A DNA stretch of 64,000 bases, from NCBI RefSeq assembly GCF_006345805.1, contig NC_042997.1, positions 212,288,001 to 212,352,000 of the forward strand, written 5' to 3'. The notes beneath the pieces were generated by a model. That model did no database searches. It was not told where the DNA came from and saw only the letters and a program-made list of their open reading frames with translations. Shown here in pieces: positions 38,073-50,465 of this stretch; the first letter of the stretch is position 1; every line of letters begins with the position of its first letter. This DNA comes from Octopus sinensis (Eukaryota). The translations under genes and the position numbers were made by a program.

Positions 38073-39399
38073 TTGAAATCAATTTGAAGGCATTGTTTCC
38101 CATTCGTACACAATCTATTCCTCATTGCAATGAAATCCTCTTGAACTGGCTGTCAGTTTTATTAAAGGTGTAAAGATGGTCCCAGGAACGATTTAATTAA
38201 TTAATTAATCAAAATCAGTTCAACAAACTGTATGTGCAGGCTACAGGACCTTTTAACTGATCCCTGTCGCAGTATCTCTGTATACCAAAAGGACTGTTGA
38301 ACTATAGAAACTCTGACAGTCTTAACCAAAATGTTGTTGGCCACTGGTCAGCCAAGGCCAAAAATAGTGTGACCACATGTACACACACATACACACACAC
38401 AAATGTACAACTGTGTATTTGTAGAGTGTCTGAATATAGCTGAAGTTTTTGTTTTAGAGCAGAGATCAATTGTGTGTGTGTGTGTGTGTAAGAGCCCCAA
38501 AAATGTATACTTTAAGTCTACATTTTAAGTAGTTGAAATAACGAAGGAAAGAAATAACGAAGCAGAGGAGAAGAATGTTGGACCACAAGCATTGACTGAA
38601 AGGCGACCATCTGCCGAAACCACTTGAGAGCCTGAAGAAAAAGGAAAATATTTTCCTACTCTAAGTAATGTATTGAGTTCTATACATAGTAACATTTGTA
38701 CAATGTTTAATACATGTTATAGCACTCATGACATAAAAGCTTTGTTGTTGTTGGGTAACTGAATACAGTGAACAAATATAAACAAGTCTGTACCATACAT
38801 TTACGTTGTCTAAAGACAGTCTGGTTTACTATACCAGTCAGCTTTCTTCTAGAGAGAGAGAGATTCTCTGTTGTCTATTGTTGATGCCATACCAAGAAGT
38901 GTTCTGACAAATATCAGCCTTCAGTTTTCATGCAAACTACTTTCATTTCCATATAATCCTGCAATTGTTTTACGTAATCATATTTCGGAATGTATTTGTC
39001 TGTCTTTGACAGATTCAGTCATGAAGTCTTTGCCTCTTTCTGACCTTTTATCACTGCAGATTTATTCTGACCTTTTATCTTTGCAGCTTCAGGTTTAAGG
39101 TAACCAGATCTCATTTTCTTAGAATCTCTAAGTATAGCAATGAATTTTGCATTTTAATAGTTATAAATGTACTCTGTGTGTGTGTGTGTTTAATACACAT
39201 ACACACAAACATAGAACAATAATATTCCTCTATTTAAATGATTTTGAAGTCTGCATCTTATGTTATACATATTGTTCCTTATAACACATACACACACACA
39301 TCCGGTAGAAGAGTGAGAGGCGGAGAGACAGAGATCTATAGTAAGTGATGAGGAAAAGGCAGGGGCCTTGGCCTTTACAGGCTCTCAAACACAAGTTAG

Positions 39400-40555
39400 A
39401 TTGGTTCTATTCACATCCTGCTTAATTTGTTCCATGTTGACAGTCCTAGCAAAGGCATGTGCAAGGTGAGTAATTCCAGGGGGTTAAAGTTCTGGGGAGG
39501 AAGGACTGAGTATAGTGGCTGATGAAAGGTTGGAGTGGTGGTGGTTGTGGCTAATGGTTAATAGGTGAAAACAACATGGCTGATGTCTGGATGAGAACTG
39601 TGTGTCTCAGGGGTACCTAACTGAAAGTGGCAGGAACTCGTCCAGCTCTGCTGAGCTGAAGCTATTGAAGTAGAGAAATGGCAGAGAGAAGACAGAACAT
39701 GGGCTGGGAACTGGAATGAGTCTTAGGGACTTGTCATTCTTTTAACTGACTTTCCCTTCTGTATAGTCTGGAATGGGTTTTGTACAGTACCCTCCCTCCC
39801 AGATTGTGGGCATTGTTCTGTTTTGAGTTTCACCTGCACTTTGTTGAGAGTCAGTAATTGTTGGGAGATTTTTCTGGTTCTGAAGAGAGGGATCAAACTT
39901 TGAGATCCTATGTTAAAGCCATGTTCTCCAGAACAGATCCTCTCTGACACTACACAACATTGAGTGCAAAGTACTCGCTCGACTGCCTGGGTTGAAGGAA
40001 TGGCTAGTTGTGATGGTACTTTCTTTATAAAAAGTACTTTCGTGAGTTTCCTGTTTCTTTTTATTGCTGTTGAAGGACACAATACTGCCATGGGCCTGAC
40101 AGCAGATATTTTTGAGGTCTCTCTTCATGGAATTGGTGTAGGTTTGATGGGAAGGGTTTTGGTTGGATGAAGCTGACACTCAGGTGGATAAGGTTAGAGA
40201 TAAACAAAGGATAGTGTGAACCAGTTCAGAGTGGATGTTGTTGCACGTGGTGGCAAGTAAATGATTGACGTTTAGAAAGAAGCACATCTGGGACAGAAGT
40301 GAATGTTTGAGACACACCAATATTGATAAAACATGGGTTAGAGAAAATTCCGTTGGGACAAGCCATGAGAGTGTAATCTAGCAGGAAGTGACCAATCTGA
40401 GAGATGAGAGATGAGAAGTTTTGACAGGAGACTGGCGTATTTGATAGTGTTGAAGGGTTCGCAGATGTTATCAACAAAATTTACTTCACTAGGATGACTG
40501 ACATCCTAGATCTGTTAATAGATCCAGCTTCAGGAAGCTGTAGTGGCAGTCATTA
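39400..40555 (-). pseudogene. CR1/L2-group LINE ORF2 relic (RT to C-terminus)
   Basis: Minus: HYSF, ASLLSKLL, HFLLDYTLMACPNGIFSNPCFINIGVSQ (cf. INSGVPQGS), FRTRKISQQLLTLNKVQV, HYTQSFLPRTLTPWN in expected order; heavily decayed. Confidence 0.7.
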
Positions 40556-40705
40556 AAGAAGCGGGGGGGGGGGGGGTGATAGAAAGTGGGGGGAGACAGA
40601 CAGACAAAAAAATTGGATTTTTTGTATATTCATGCCAGAAGCTCCGATGTCTTTCTTATTAAAAGCAAACTACAGCCTCTACTTTGGTTCAAATAATTTT
40701 CAACA

Positions 40706-40745
40706 TTACACTGATGAGGACTAATTTAGGCCAAAACACATGTAA
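40706..40745 (+). other. Decayed hammerhead motif (Penelope-like terminus relic)
   Basis: TTACA-CTGATGA-GGACTA-att-TAGGCC-AAAAC-ACA-TGTAA. Stem I (TTACA/TGTAA) and stem II are present, but G12 and the GUH triplet are mutated. Confidence 0.5.
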
Positions 40746-40944
40746 GATTTTTTTCTCTCCCTTCATTATTGCAAAATAAAAGATTCAGTACAATACCATT
40801 CTACAAATGAATTTTAATTATTATTATCTAGTAACTATGTGTCTGGAGCATATTATTATCAAGTGACTCCATGTATGGAATAAATTCTTCTCCCCGTCAA
40901 AGTAAAACAAATGTACCAACTAAATTCACACACCGTTATGTGTG

Positions 40945-41425
40945 TGCGTGTGTGTGTGAGTGAGTTTCTATATGTGCCTATATATATGTGTGTGTGTGTG
41001 TGTGTGAGTGAGTTTCTGTATGTGCCTATATATGTGTGTGTGTGTGTGTGAGTTTTTATATGTGCCTATATGTGTGTGTGAGTGAGTTTATATATGTGCC
41101 TATATATATGTGTGTGTGTGTGTGAGTGAGTTTCTATATGTGCCTATATATATGTGTGTGTGTGAGTGAGTTTCTATATGTGCCTATATATGTGTGTGTG
41201 AGTGAGTTTCTATATGTGCCTATATATATGTGTGTGTGAGTTTCTATATGTGCCTATATATGTGTGTGTGTGAGTGAGTTTCTATATGTGCCTATATATG
41301 TGTGTGTGTGTGTGTGAGTGAGTTTCTATATGTGCCTATATATATATATGTGTGTGTGTGTGTGAGTTTCTATATGTGCCTATATATATGTGTGTGTGTA
41401 GTGTGTGAATGAGTTTCTATATGTG
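40945..41425. repeat. Minisatellite GAGTGAGTTTCTATATGTGCC(TA)n(TG)n
   Basis: About 13 units, each a fixed ~20-bp anchor with variable TA and TG runs. Confidence 0.9.
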
Positions 41426-41490
41426 TGTATGTGTGTACTTATATATCTATACCCATGTATATATGTGTGTGTATGTATATATGTATACAC

Positions 41491-41534
<44 letters not shown>

Positions 41535-41730
41535 TGTATATATATACACACACGCACATATATGCATTTAAGTGTATTTTGGAGTCTTGTCTATCCTAGT
41601 CTTTTCCATGTATTCTACTCTGTTCTCAGTATTGTCGCACCTGACAGTAAATGTTCAGGTGTTATTCTTAAAATGCTTGAAAATAACACTTGAACATACA
41701 TATGTATGCATACACATACACACACATTAC

Positions 41731-41767
<37 letters not shown>

Positions 41768-42113
41768 TGCTGATACACATGCATTTGCACATTTGCCAGT
41801 GGTACTCTACTTGCGTGTTGTTGTCATTTTTTCCTTCCACTAAACCATTTCAGGTGAAAAAACTATAAAAAGTCAGAAACGACTGCACTCAACTTCACTC
41901 ATTGATTTCTACTCTGTCGCTTTTATTCTGACAGAAATCAATTTTTGCTTCAAATTCATTGCAGTGATCGTGATGCTGATGATGATGATGGTTGTATTTT
42001 CGTTTCTAGATGCTTTCTCCGTGCCTTTCGTTTCACCTGCTCTATATACAGGTATGTAGATAGGTTGAATAATCAGTATTGGATGTAGTTTGGTTAAAGA
42101 CTGTAAACTATTA

Positions 42114-42336
42114 AGGCGGCTTGCTGGCAGAACCGTTAGCACGCCGGGGGGAAATGCGTAACCGTATTTCGTCTGCCGTTACGTTCTGAGTTCAAATTCC
42201 GCCGAGGTCGACTTTACCTTTCATCCTTTCTGGGTCGATAAATAAAGTACCAGTTTCGCACTGGAGTTGATGTAATCCCTTTGTCCGCCCTTGTTTGTCT
42301 CCTCTATGTATAGCCCCTTGTGGGCAGTAAAGAAAT
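42114..42336 (+). mobile_element. SINE family A
   Basis: GGCAGAACCGTTAGCACGCC...GTTCAAATTCCGCCGAGGTCGAC...GCAGTAAAGAAAT. Confidence 0.88.
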
Positions 42337-42714
42337 CTAAAGACTAAACTTAAGTGAGAACAGAAGAATAGGCGAACGGACCCTATTTAGGAAACCATTT
42401 CTTGTCTCTCGATATTGAATTCTACATTCCAATACTTTCAGCCCTGATTACATAGTTCCATTTTAACAGTTTCATATTGCACATGCTGGTATGAGGTTCA
42501 ATTTCAGTGAACAGTACCTTGAGCAAGTGTTTTCTGCTGTCCACCCTGTCAACTAAAGCCATGTGAATAGATTTGGTTGATGGGAACTAAAAGAAGTCCG
42601 TCATGCATCCTTTGTTTTAACATTGTGTGATGCTTCTACAATGAGCATCACCATTCTGTGAAAGATGTTGTTCCTTCCAAGTCTCCTCCACAGAAAAAGG
42701 AAAACCATGTCTGA

Positions 42715-43192
42715 CCATGAGGAAATATTAACACTGCTTGGCATTGAAACTCTGACGTCTGGCAGCTGACTTGGCAGACACCCATAAAATTATTAACCAT
42801 CTTACAAGCAATAACTCTGGGCACCTTTTCAAACTCCACCTGTCTAACACCCGTGGACATGTTTACAAAGTCAGAAAACAGCACAGCTCCTTCCATGACT
42901 TTCAGAAACATTTTTTCACGCTAAGAGTTGCTGAAGCATGGAACAAACTGTCGGCATCAGTTGTTAGTTGTCGGAGCACTGCATCCTTCAAAACTTCCAT
43001 GCTTCCTGAGATTCGCCAACACTACACCTGATTTTCTCCCCTCCATACACACACAAGCATGTATCTGACTCATACACTGTTCGCTTTCCAGACATTTGTA
43101 CATTACTGCATATACTTTATACGCACTTTTGACAAGTTGTGGTGCACCTGAGCACTGTATACAATAATTTCTTTATTATTATTATTATTATT
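42715..43192 (+). mobile_element. CR1 LINE 3' end (ORF2 C-terminus, 3' UTR, (ATT)n tail)
   Basis: RLAADLADTHKII...NTRGHVYKVRKQ...KHFFTLRVAEAWNKL (CR1 C-terminal TRGH..K and FF..RV...WN.L motifs), ending TTATTATTATT. Confidence 0.88.
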
Positions 43193-43354
43193 TTAAAGTA
43201 CCCAGATTCTTAATAAATAAATGTTTTTAATTGCAATGCAATATTAAACGGGTAAAGGTAAAGAAATATTTTTACCGTTAATTTATAATACAAATAAGAA
43301 AATGGAGAAAGAAATTTAGTTCATCAACTCCGAAAGTTGAACAAACTAAATTTT

Positions 43355-43391
<37 letters not shown>

Positions 43392-43400
43392 CACACACAC

Positions 43401-43552
43401 TTTATTTAAAAGTAGCAAAAATATCACAAAAACTGTTACTCAGAGAGCCACGTTCCCGTTTGTTGGACGGTTTCTAACAAAACTGTCCGACGATCGGGAA
43501 CATGAAACTCTGAGTAACGGTTTTTGTGATATTTCTGCTGCTTTTAAATAAA
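43401..43552. repeat. Inverted pair (~73-bp arms), each arm a degenerate hammerhead-like motif
   Basis: Plus arm AACTGT-CCGACGA-TCG-GGAA-CAT-GAAAC-TCTG-AGTA-ACGGTT (43481-43522); the mirror arm keeps stem II ACG-GGAA-CGT but has lost the core. Confidence 0.65.
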
Positions 43553-43660
43553 GCATATTACTCTACTTCTGGTATTTCAGTACTCTATTTTTTCCACCTT
43601 GTTTCACTTTTATGTGCTTACTCCGGTGTGTGTATTATATATATATATATTATATATATA

Positions 43661-45738
43661 TAATTTCAACAATTGAGGGCAAAATTAATTATTATTAATC
43701 AATTTCACCAAGTGTTCAGTATGCAAAGGGACCATTCAAGGCGAATTCAAATTATTACTTATATAAAAGGGCTTAGTAAAATAAATTACTTTGCCGCATA
43801 CTGAACTCATTAGAAATAGCAGCCAAAAAACTTGTTAAAGCTATTTCTAATACTTAAAGAAAATCTCTCTCATATATAGTGTTTGCTTAATTCAACTCAC
43901 AAAAGTTTGGGGGTAAGGACATCGAAAAATCAAATGCTAAGGTATTCGAGAACGTACGTTTCAAGATTAGTCAAAACAACATTTCTATCATCGGCTCAGA
44001 AATTCCTTGGTTTGGATTTGGAAACACTGAAAATAGAACATACCCTTTCGAAGATCTGCTTCCAACTAACAGTGCCCACATTCAAATAAGCAAGCGAAGA
44101 GTCTCTGTTCTCCCCTTTCCACCAGCGTGGGTTAAAATCATCAAACACTATGCTTATTTCGGTAAAATCCGAAGCATTAATTAGAGGGAGATTAATTATA
44201 ATTTCAACAATTGAGGGCAAAATTAATTAATTATTAATCAATTTCACCAAGTGGTTCAGTATGCAAAGGGACCATTCAAGGCGAATTCAAATTATTACAT
44301 TATATAAAAGGGCTTAGTAAAATAAATTACTTTGCCGCATACTGAACTCATTAGAATAGCAGCCAAAATACTTTTTTAAAGCTATTTCTAATACTTAAGA
44401 AAAATCTCTCTCATATATGTTTGCTTAATTCAACTCACAAAAGTTTGGGGGTAAGGACATCGAAAAATCAATGCTAAGGTTATTCGAGAACGTACGTTTC
44501 AAGATTAGTCAAAACAACATTTCTATCATCGGCTCAGAATTCCTTGGTTGGATTTGGAAACACTGAAAATAAGACATACCCTTTCGAAGATCTGCTTCCA
44601 ACAGTGCCAACAAATTCAAATAAGCAAGCGAAGAGTCTCTGTTCTCCCCTTTCCACCAGCATGGGTTAAAATCATCAAACACTATGCTTATTTCGGTAAA
44701 ATCCGAAGCATTAATTAGAGGGAGATTAATTATAATTTCAACATTTGAGGCAAAATTAATTAATTATTAATCATTTCACCAAGTGTTCAGTATGCAAAGG
44801 GACCATTCAAGGCGAATTCAATTATTACATTATATAAAAGGGCTTAGTAAAATAAATTACTTTGCCGCATACTGAACTCATTAGAAATAGCAGCCAAAAA
44901 ACTTTTTTAAAGCTATTTCTAATACTTAAAGAAAATCTCTCTCATATATAGTGTTTGCTTAATTCAACTCACAAAAGTTTGGGGGTAAGGACATCGAAAA
45001 ATCAAATGCTAAGGTTATTCGAGAACGTACGTTTCAAGATTAGTCAAAACAACATTTCTATCATCGGCTCAGAAATTCCTTGGTTTGGATTTGGACACAC
45101 TGAAAATAAGAACATACCCTTTCGAAGATCTGCTTCCAACTTACAGTGCCAACAAATTCAAATAAGCAAGCGAAGAGTCTCTGTTCTCCCCTTTCCACCA
45201 GCGTGGGTTAAAATCATCAAACACTATGCTTATTTCGGTAAAATCCGAAGCATTAATTAGAGGGAGATTAATTATAATTAATTTATAATTATAATTATAA
45301 TTAATCTCCCTCTAATTAATGCTTCAGATTTTACCGAAATAAGCATAGTGTTTGATGATTTTAACCCACGCTGGTGAAAGGGGAAACAGAGACTCTTCGC
45401 TTGCTTATTTGAATTTGTTGGCACTGTTAGTTGGAAGCAGATCTTCGAAAGGGTATGTTCTTATTTTCAGTGTTTCCAAATCCAAACCAAGGAATTTCTG
45501 AGCCGATGATAAATGTTGTGTTGACTAATCTTGAAACGTACGTTTCTCGAATAACCTTAGCATTTGATTTTTCGATGTCCTTACCCCAAACTTTTGTGAG
45601 TTGAATTAAGCAAAACACTATATATGAGAGAGATTTTCTTTAAGTATTAGAAATAGCTTTAAAAAAGTTTTTTGGCTGCTATTTCTAATGAGTTCAGTAT
45701 GCGGCAAAGTATTTATTTACTAAGCCCTTTTATATAAT
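43661..45738. repeat. ~537-bp unit: three tandem copies plus one inverted partial copy, flanked by (TA)n
   Basis: Unit starts TAATTTCAAC at 43661, 44199 and 44733. Orientation flips at an AT palindrome near 45270-45300; the inverted copy runs to ~45738. Confidence 0.92.
43948..43997 (-). ncRNA. Hammerhead-like motif (U4C core, palindromic stem III) in array unit 1; also at 44486-44535, 45021-45070 (minus) and 45500-45548 (plus)
   Basis: GAG-CCGATGA-T-[AGAAATGTTGTTTTGACTAATCT]T-GAAA-C-GTAC-GTT-CTC. AACGTACGTT is a perfect palindrome. Stem II is weak. Confidence 0.45.
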
Positions 45739-46438
45739 ATATATATATATATATATTATTATTATATATGAGGAAGTCAGTTATATGCCCAGTCATAGAG
45801 TGACCAATATTTTCACATCCACAAAGCACTTTGCCTTAGAGACAACCTAGCAGACTCCAATGGCCACGGACATATACACCTCTTGTCAATGAGCTGTATA
45901 TGTGTATATACACACAAGTGCATGCACAGATATACATATGACTACATATATGCATAGATATATATGTGTACACACACACACATGTACATACATATATACA
46001 TACAGAGGGAGAGGGAGTTCATTAATATTAAGACCAAACTCTAATTAATGCTTTTCAATTCATTAAGATTTTAACAACATTCTAACTGTTCACACCTAGG
46101 GTTTCTTTTTTCCTTTTTTTTGGGTTGGGAAAACTTGTTGCTCGCGTTTCATTGTGAAAGAGACATTTATTTAATTAAGAATAATTTGATATACTTCTTT
46201 GAGAGTATGGAAAGTCGTCCTGTTGGTTAGACATTCCAATTAACTCATCAAGAGTTACTGCTATCATAATTTAGTTTTTAGCTTTACTTCTGTTGTTTTT
46301 ATTATATAGTTTTATATACTTAGATATTTTTTTCTTATTTGAGCTTATATTGTCTCTCTTTCTGTTGAATGATGTGTTGTTGGTCTTCATTCTCTGACTA
46401 TTTGCACCTCATGTATATGGGCTTAGGAGTACAAACAA

Positions 46439-46782
46439 GAGGCGAATGGCTCAGTGGTTAGAGTGTCAGGCTCACAGTCATGATGTCGTGAGTTCGATTC
46501 CCAGACCGGGCTGTGTATTGCGTTCGTGAGCAAGACACATTATTTCATGTTGCTCCAGTTCACTCAGCTGGCAAAAATGAGTTGCAATGTCATTGGTGCC
46601 AAGCTGTATCGGCCCCTTTGCCTTTTCCCTTGGATAACGTCAATGGTGTGGAGAGGAGAGGCTGGTATGCATGGGCATCTGCTGGTCTTCATAAACAACA
46701 ACCTTGCCAGGACTTGTGCCTGGGAGGATAACTTTCTAGGTGCAATCCCATTGTCATTCATAAATGAAGGGGTCTTTATCCT
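46439..46782 (+). mobile_element. SINE family D, copy 2
   Basis: TGGCTCAGTGGTTAGAG...GTTCGATTCC head; body matches 21223-21566. Confidence 0.85.
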
Positions 46783-47763
46783 TTTAGTACAAACAGGATA
46801 AACAGAACTGAAAATGTGAATAAATTTTATTTTTCATTAAATAGAAGTTGTATATGTAACGTGTGTTTCAGTTGTCTAAGATTGCCTGAATCAGAAAAAA
46901 TAAGCATTTGTATTTTTGTGAATAGAGTGGAAATGTTATTTTATACAATATTAGAGATGATTTTATAAATCAGTTTCCTATGCGAGAATTTAGGGAAACC
47001 AATCTCAACATTCATCCGAAGGGCCAGTAGGAAAGGTCTGGTGCAGGCTTTTTGCCATCCAGGTTGTGAATTTTGTAAGAAATTGCAGTGAAAGATCCAT
47101 CAGATCCTTCACCGAGGCTATTTTCCCACACCACAGGAGTTTTCTCTCAGGATTTTTTCCCACAGCATTTTTTTGTTGTTTCCAACTCTGGATGCAGCAC
47201 TTTCTGACTTTAACTGACAGTCTACACCATCCTTTCCCAACCAGCCTTTTTTTATGAGTGCTGAGATTGGTTCTCCTCAAACTACAAAACCAATTGGTGA
47301 AGTGGGCTCATAATACTATACTGTGTGTGGGCAGGGGGTGAGGTTTGTGGATACAGTAATTTCATAGCAGAATGTACAATATTTTGTTCTTCCACAACCT
47401 CCCATTCGGTTATTTCCAAGTGTCAGATCAACAAAACAGTAATATAATGCCCACCATTTATGAATAAAGTTTTCTTCTCTATCTCCACACAAAATTAATG
47501 AGGAATGTTTGTGCTGTTGAGGCAAAAGTTAGCGAGAGACATTTGCAGCTGCCAGCTTGGTGATTTGCCAAACTTCTCTGCTTTCAAGTTCTTTAAAAAA
47601 TAAAGTTTATTGTTGCTTTAGCCAAAGTTTTGTTGAGGTTTATTCTATCTTCATTTCGTTATCAATATTTTTCTTATTTTCCTTATACCCCGCCCACACA
47701 AAGATTTCAGTTCTTTGTATGATAGATATGTGTGTATATTTGCATGTGTGTGTGTGTGTATAA

Positions 47764-47843
47764 GCAATTATACGAATAAATAAATTAGACACATCATGTG
47801 TCTAATTTATTTATCTGCATAATTGCCTACATATATATATATT

Positions 47844-47877
<34 letters not shown>

Positions 47878-47960
47878 AATATATGTGTGTGTGTGTGTAT
47901 AGGCAATTATACGAATAAACAAATTAGACACATCATGTGTCTGTTTGTCCCCATAATTGC
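47764..47960. repeat. Two tandem ~60-bp foldback hairpin units separated by microsatellites
   Basis: 47764-47826 is a 30-bp stem (18 bp perfect) with a TCA loop; a degenerate second copy lies at ~47902-47960. Confidence 0.75.
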
Positions 47961-48807
47961 CCCTATACCCACTAAACCTGATCCCTCTTAAAGCCTTTCT
48001 TTACCTTTTGGAATCAGTCCCCTGGAAAGACATCAGAGACTAAGTTTTAAGCTTTTGAGCAATGCTAAGTGTCTTCTTTGTGAAGAATCTCTGGATCTCA
48101 TCTGTGAATTATATATAAATAAATGTATATATATATGTAAGTGTGCATATGAATGTGTATATAGATGCAGGAGTGGCTGTATGGTAAGAAGCTTGCTAAC
48201 CAACCATATGGTTCTGTGTTCAGTCTCACTGTGTGACACCTTGGGCAAGAATTGCATTTACCAAAGCTGCATTTTGATCTGTCGTCGGATCTTTTTTCCT
48301 TTGGGACATGAAACCATCAACATAAGTCTTCTTCATCTGTATATCAAGTCACAATGGATTTCTGGGTATTTATCTTGATAAACAGTTTGAGGACTTGAAT
48401 AAATAGTGGCGCTGACCTAGTTGAATTTAGGAACAGATGTTGAGAATTTGTGAAGAACCTAACAGAGGGAGACTAAACCTGATTGTCAAATCTGTGAGAG
48501 AACTACAGAATAGAATTACCATTTCAAGTCAGCATCATTGTTCTTATTGAGATTTGTGCATAAATTGGCCTGGGTATGTGAAGGAATTTTTCAAATTGTT
48601 ACAACCAAATATATCCAAAATTGATAAATTTAATTGGAACACCATTACAATTTGTAAATAGGTTTTTAAAAGTGCATCAAAGACACTAGTAATGAAAAGA
48701 GACTCATTCCTCATTCCAGTTTGGGAGCCTGTATATAATATTAAAAAGCATATATCTTATATATTCTAGTATATATTTTATATAAGTTTGTTTTAAAAAA
48801 TATGGCT

Positions 48808-49027
48808 GATGCTAGTGACGCCTGACTGGCTCCCGTGCCGGCGACACGTAAAAAGCACCTTCTACACTCTTGGAGTGGTTGGCGTTAGGAAGGGCATCCA
48901 TCTGTAGAAACATTACCAGATCAGATTGGAACTGCTGAGGCCTCCTGGCTTACCAGTCCCTAGTCAAACTGTCCAACCCATGCCAGCATGGAAAACAGAT
49001 GTTAAACGATGATGATGATGATGATGA
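48808..49027 (+). mobile_element. RTE-like 3'-end element with (GAT)n tail
   Basis: GGCGTTAGGAAGGGCATCCATCTGTAGAAAC...GTTAAACGATGATG. Confidence 0.8.
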
Positions 49028-49670
49028 AAGGTGTGTTATAAATATTTTTTAAATTAACAATTTCTTAGATGAAAACATGTAAATTTTTATCCCTACTCCA
49101 TTTCCCTAGCACTTCCCCCTCACCCTGTCCATGCTCACCATCCCCTTTACTCCCTTCCTCCTTATTTCCCAATCACCCCAGTTGAATCTCTTCCCCATAA
49201 CTTATTCTCTTAACAACCCCCCCCCTTTATTTCTATCCACTCACTTCATTCCTACCCCTCCCACTTTCCTTTCACAATCTTGTGAACTCACTCTTATCCC
49301 ATCCTTGGTCCAGTTTCACTGATATTCACCTCCTGCAACCAGAGTCTACCCATCTCCACCATCTGCCAAGGTGGTCATGAATTTCCTTTACTGCAAGACA
49401 CTTATTTCTGTCCCTCTACTTATACCCTAACTTCTCGTGACCGAGCACAAAACCATCCCCTTCGCTACTGTTACCCATCCTCCTCAGCTGAGAGGTCTTG
49501 TAATTACTCGGTGACCTCACTGGTGCTGGTGCCATGTAAAAAAGCACCCAGTACTTTCTGTAAAGTGATTAGCATCACGAAGGGCATCCAGATGTGGAAA
49601 TCATGCCAAACAGACAGCAGTCCTCTCATTTGGCCAACTCCAGTCAGACCTGTCTAAGATGTGCCTGGAA

Positions 49671-50052
49671 ATCATCATCATCATCATTTAACGTCCGTTT
49701 TCCATGCTAGCACGGGTTGATTGGTTCGACCAGGGTCTGGGAAGCCAGGAGGCTGCACCAGGTTCCAATCTGATCTGGCAGAATTTCTACAGCTGGATGC
49801 CCTTCCTAACGCCAACTACTCTGAGAGTGTAGTGGGTGCTTTTTACATGCCAGGGGAGGCTGGCAGTGGTCACAATCGGTTGGTGCTTTCTATGTGCCAC
49901 CGGCACAGAAGCCAGGAAAGGCGGTGCTGGCATCAGCCACGTTCGGATGGCCCTTTTTTATGTGCCACCGGCACAGGGATCACAACTACAATTTCCATTG
50001 ATTTTTTATGTTGATGTACTTGACTCAATAGGTCTCCTCAAGCACAGCAGGT
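49671..50052 (-). mobile_element. RTE-like 3'-end element (long copy)
   Basis: (ATC)n, TTTAACGTCCGTTTTCCATGCTAGC...GTACTTGACTCAATAGGTCTCCTCAAG; reverse complement of the 8558-8951 type. Confidence 0.85.
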
Positions 50053-50434
50053 CGAAACAGTGTATCTTTACTTACCACCTGCACAGTAGTCAGTCTAGCA
50101 GCACTGGCAACAGCCGGGTGCCGGTCATAGGATTGGTTTGCCAGTCATTAAATGATGATGATGAATAACTGCTATTTTACTCTGTGGTTGACATGAAGAC
50201 ACTTAGTATAGAAACCATTCCAAAAATGGGATGCATCAATGAGACATGCTACTGAACTCATCAAAGAAAATAGGAACTAACTTGAACTTTGGGTACTTAT
50301 CCTATGCCTGCCAACTTGGAAATGAGTTTGATAAAATGGTGGCAGCAGCGGAATGTAATCATATTAATAAATATTTATATTTCCATAAGAGAAACCACTG
50401 AAAGATTATAATAGAGGAATTGTTGGTATAATAA

Positions 50435-50465
<31 letters not shown>

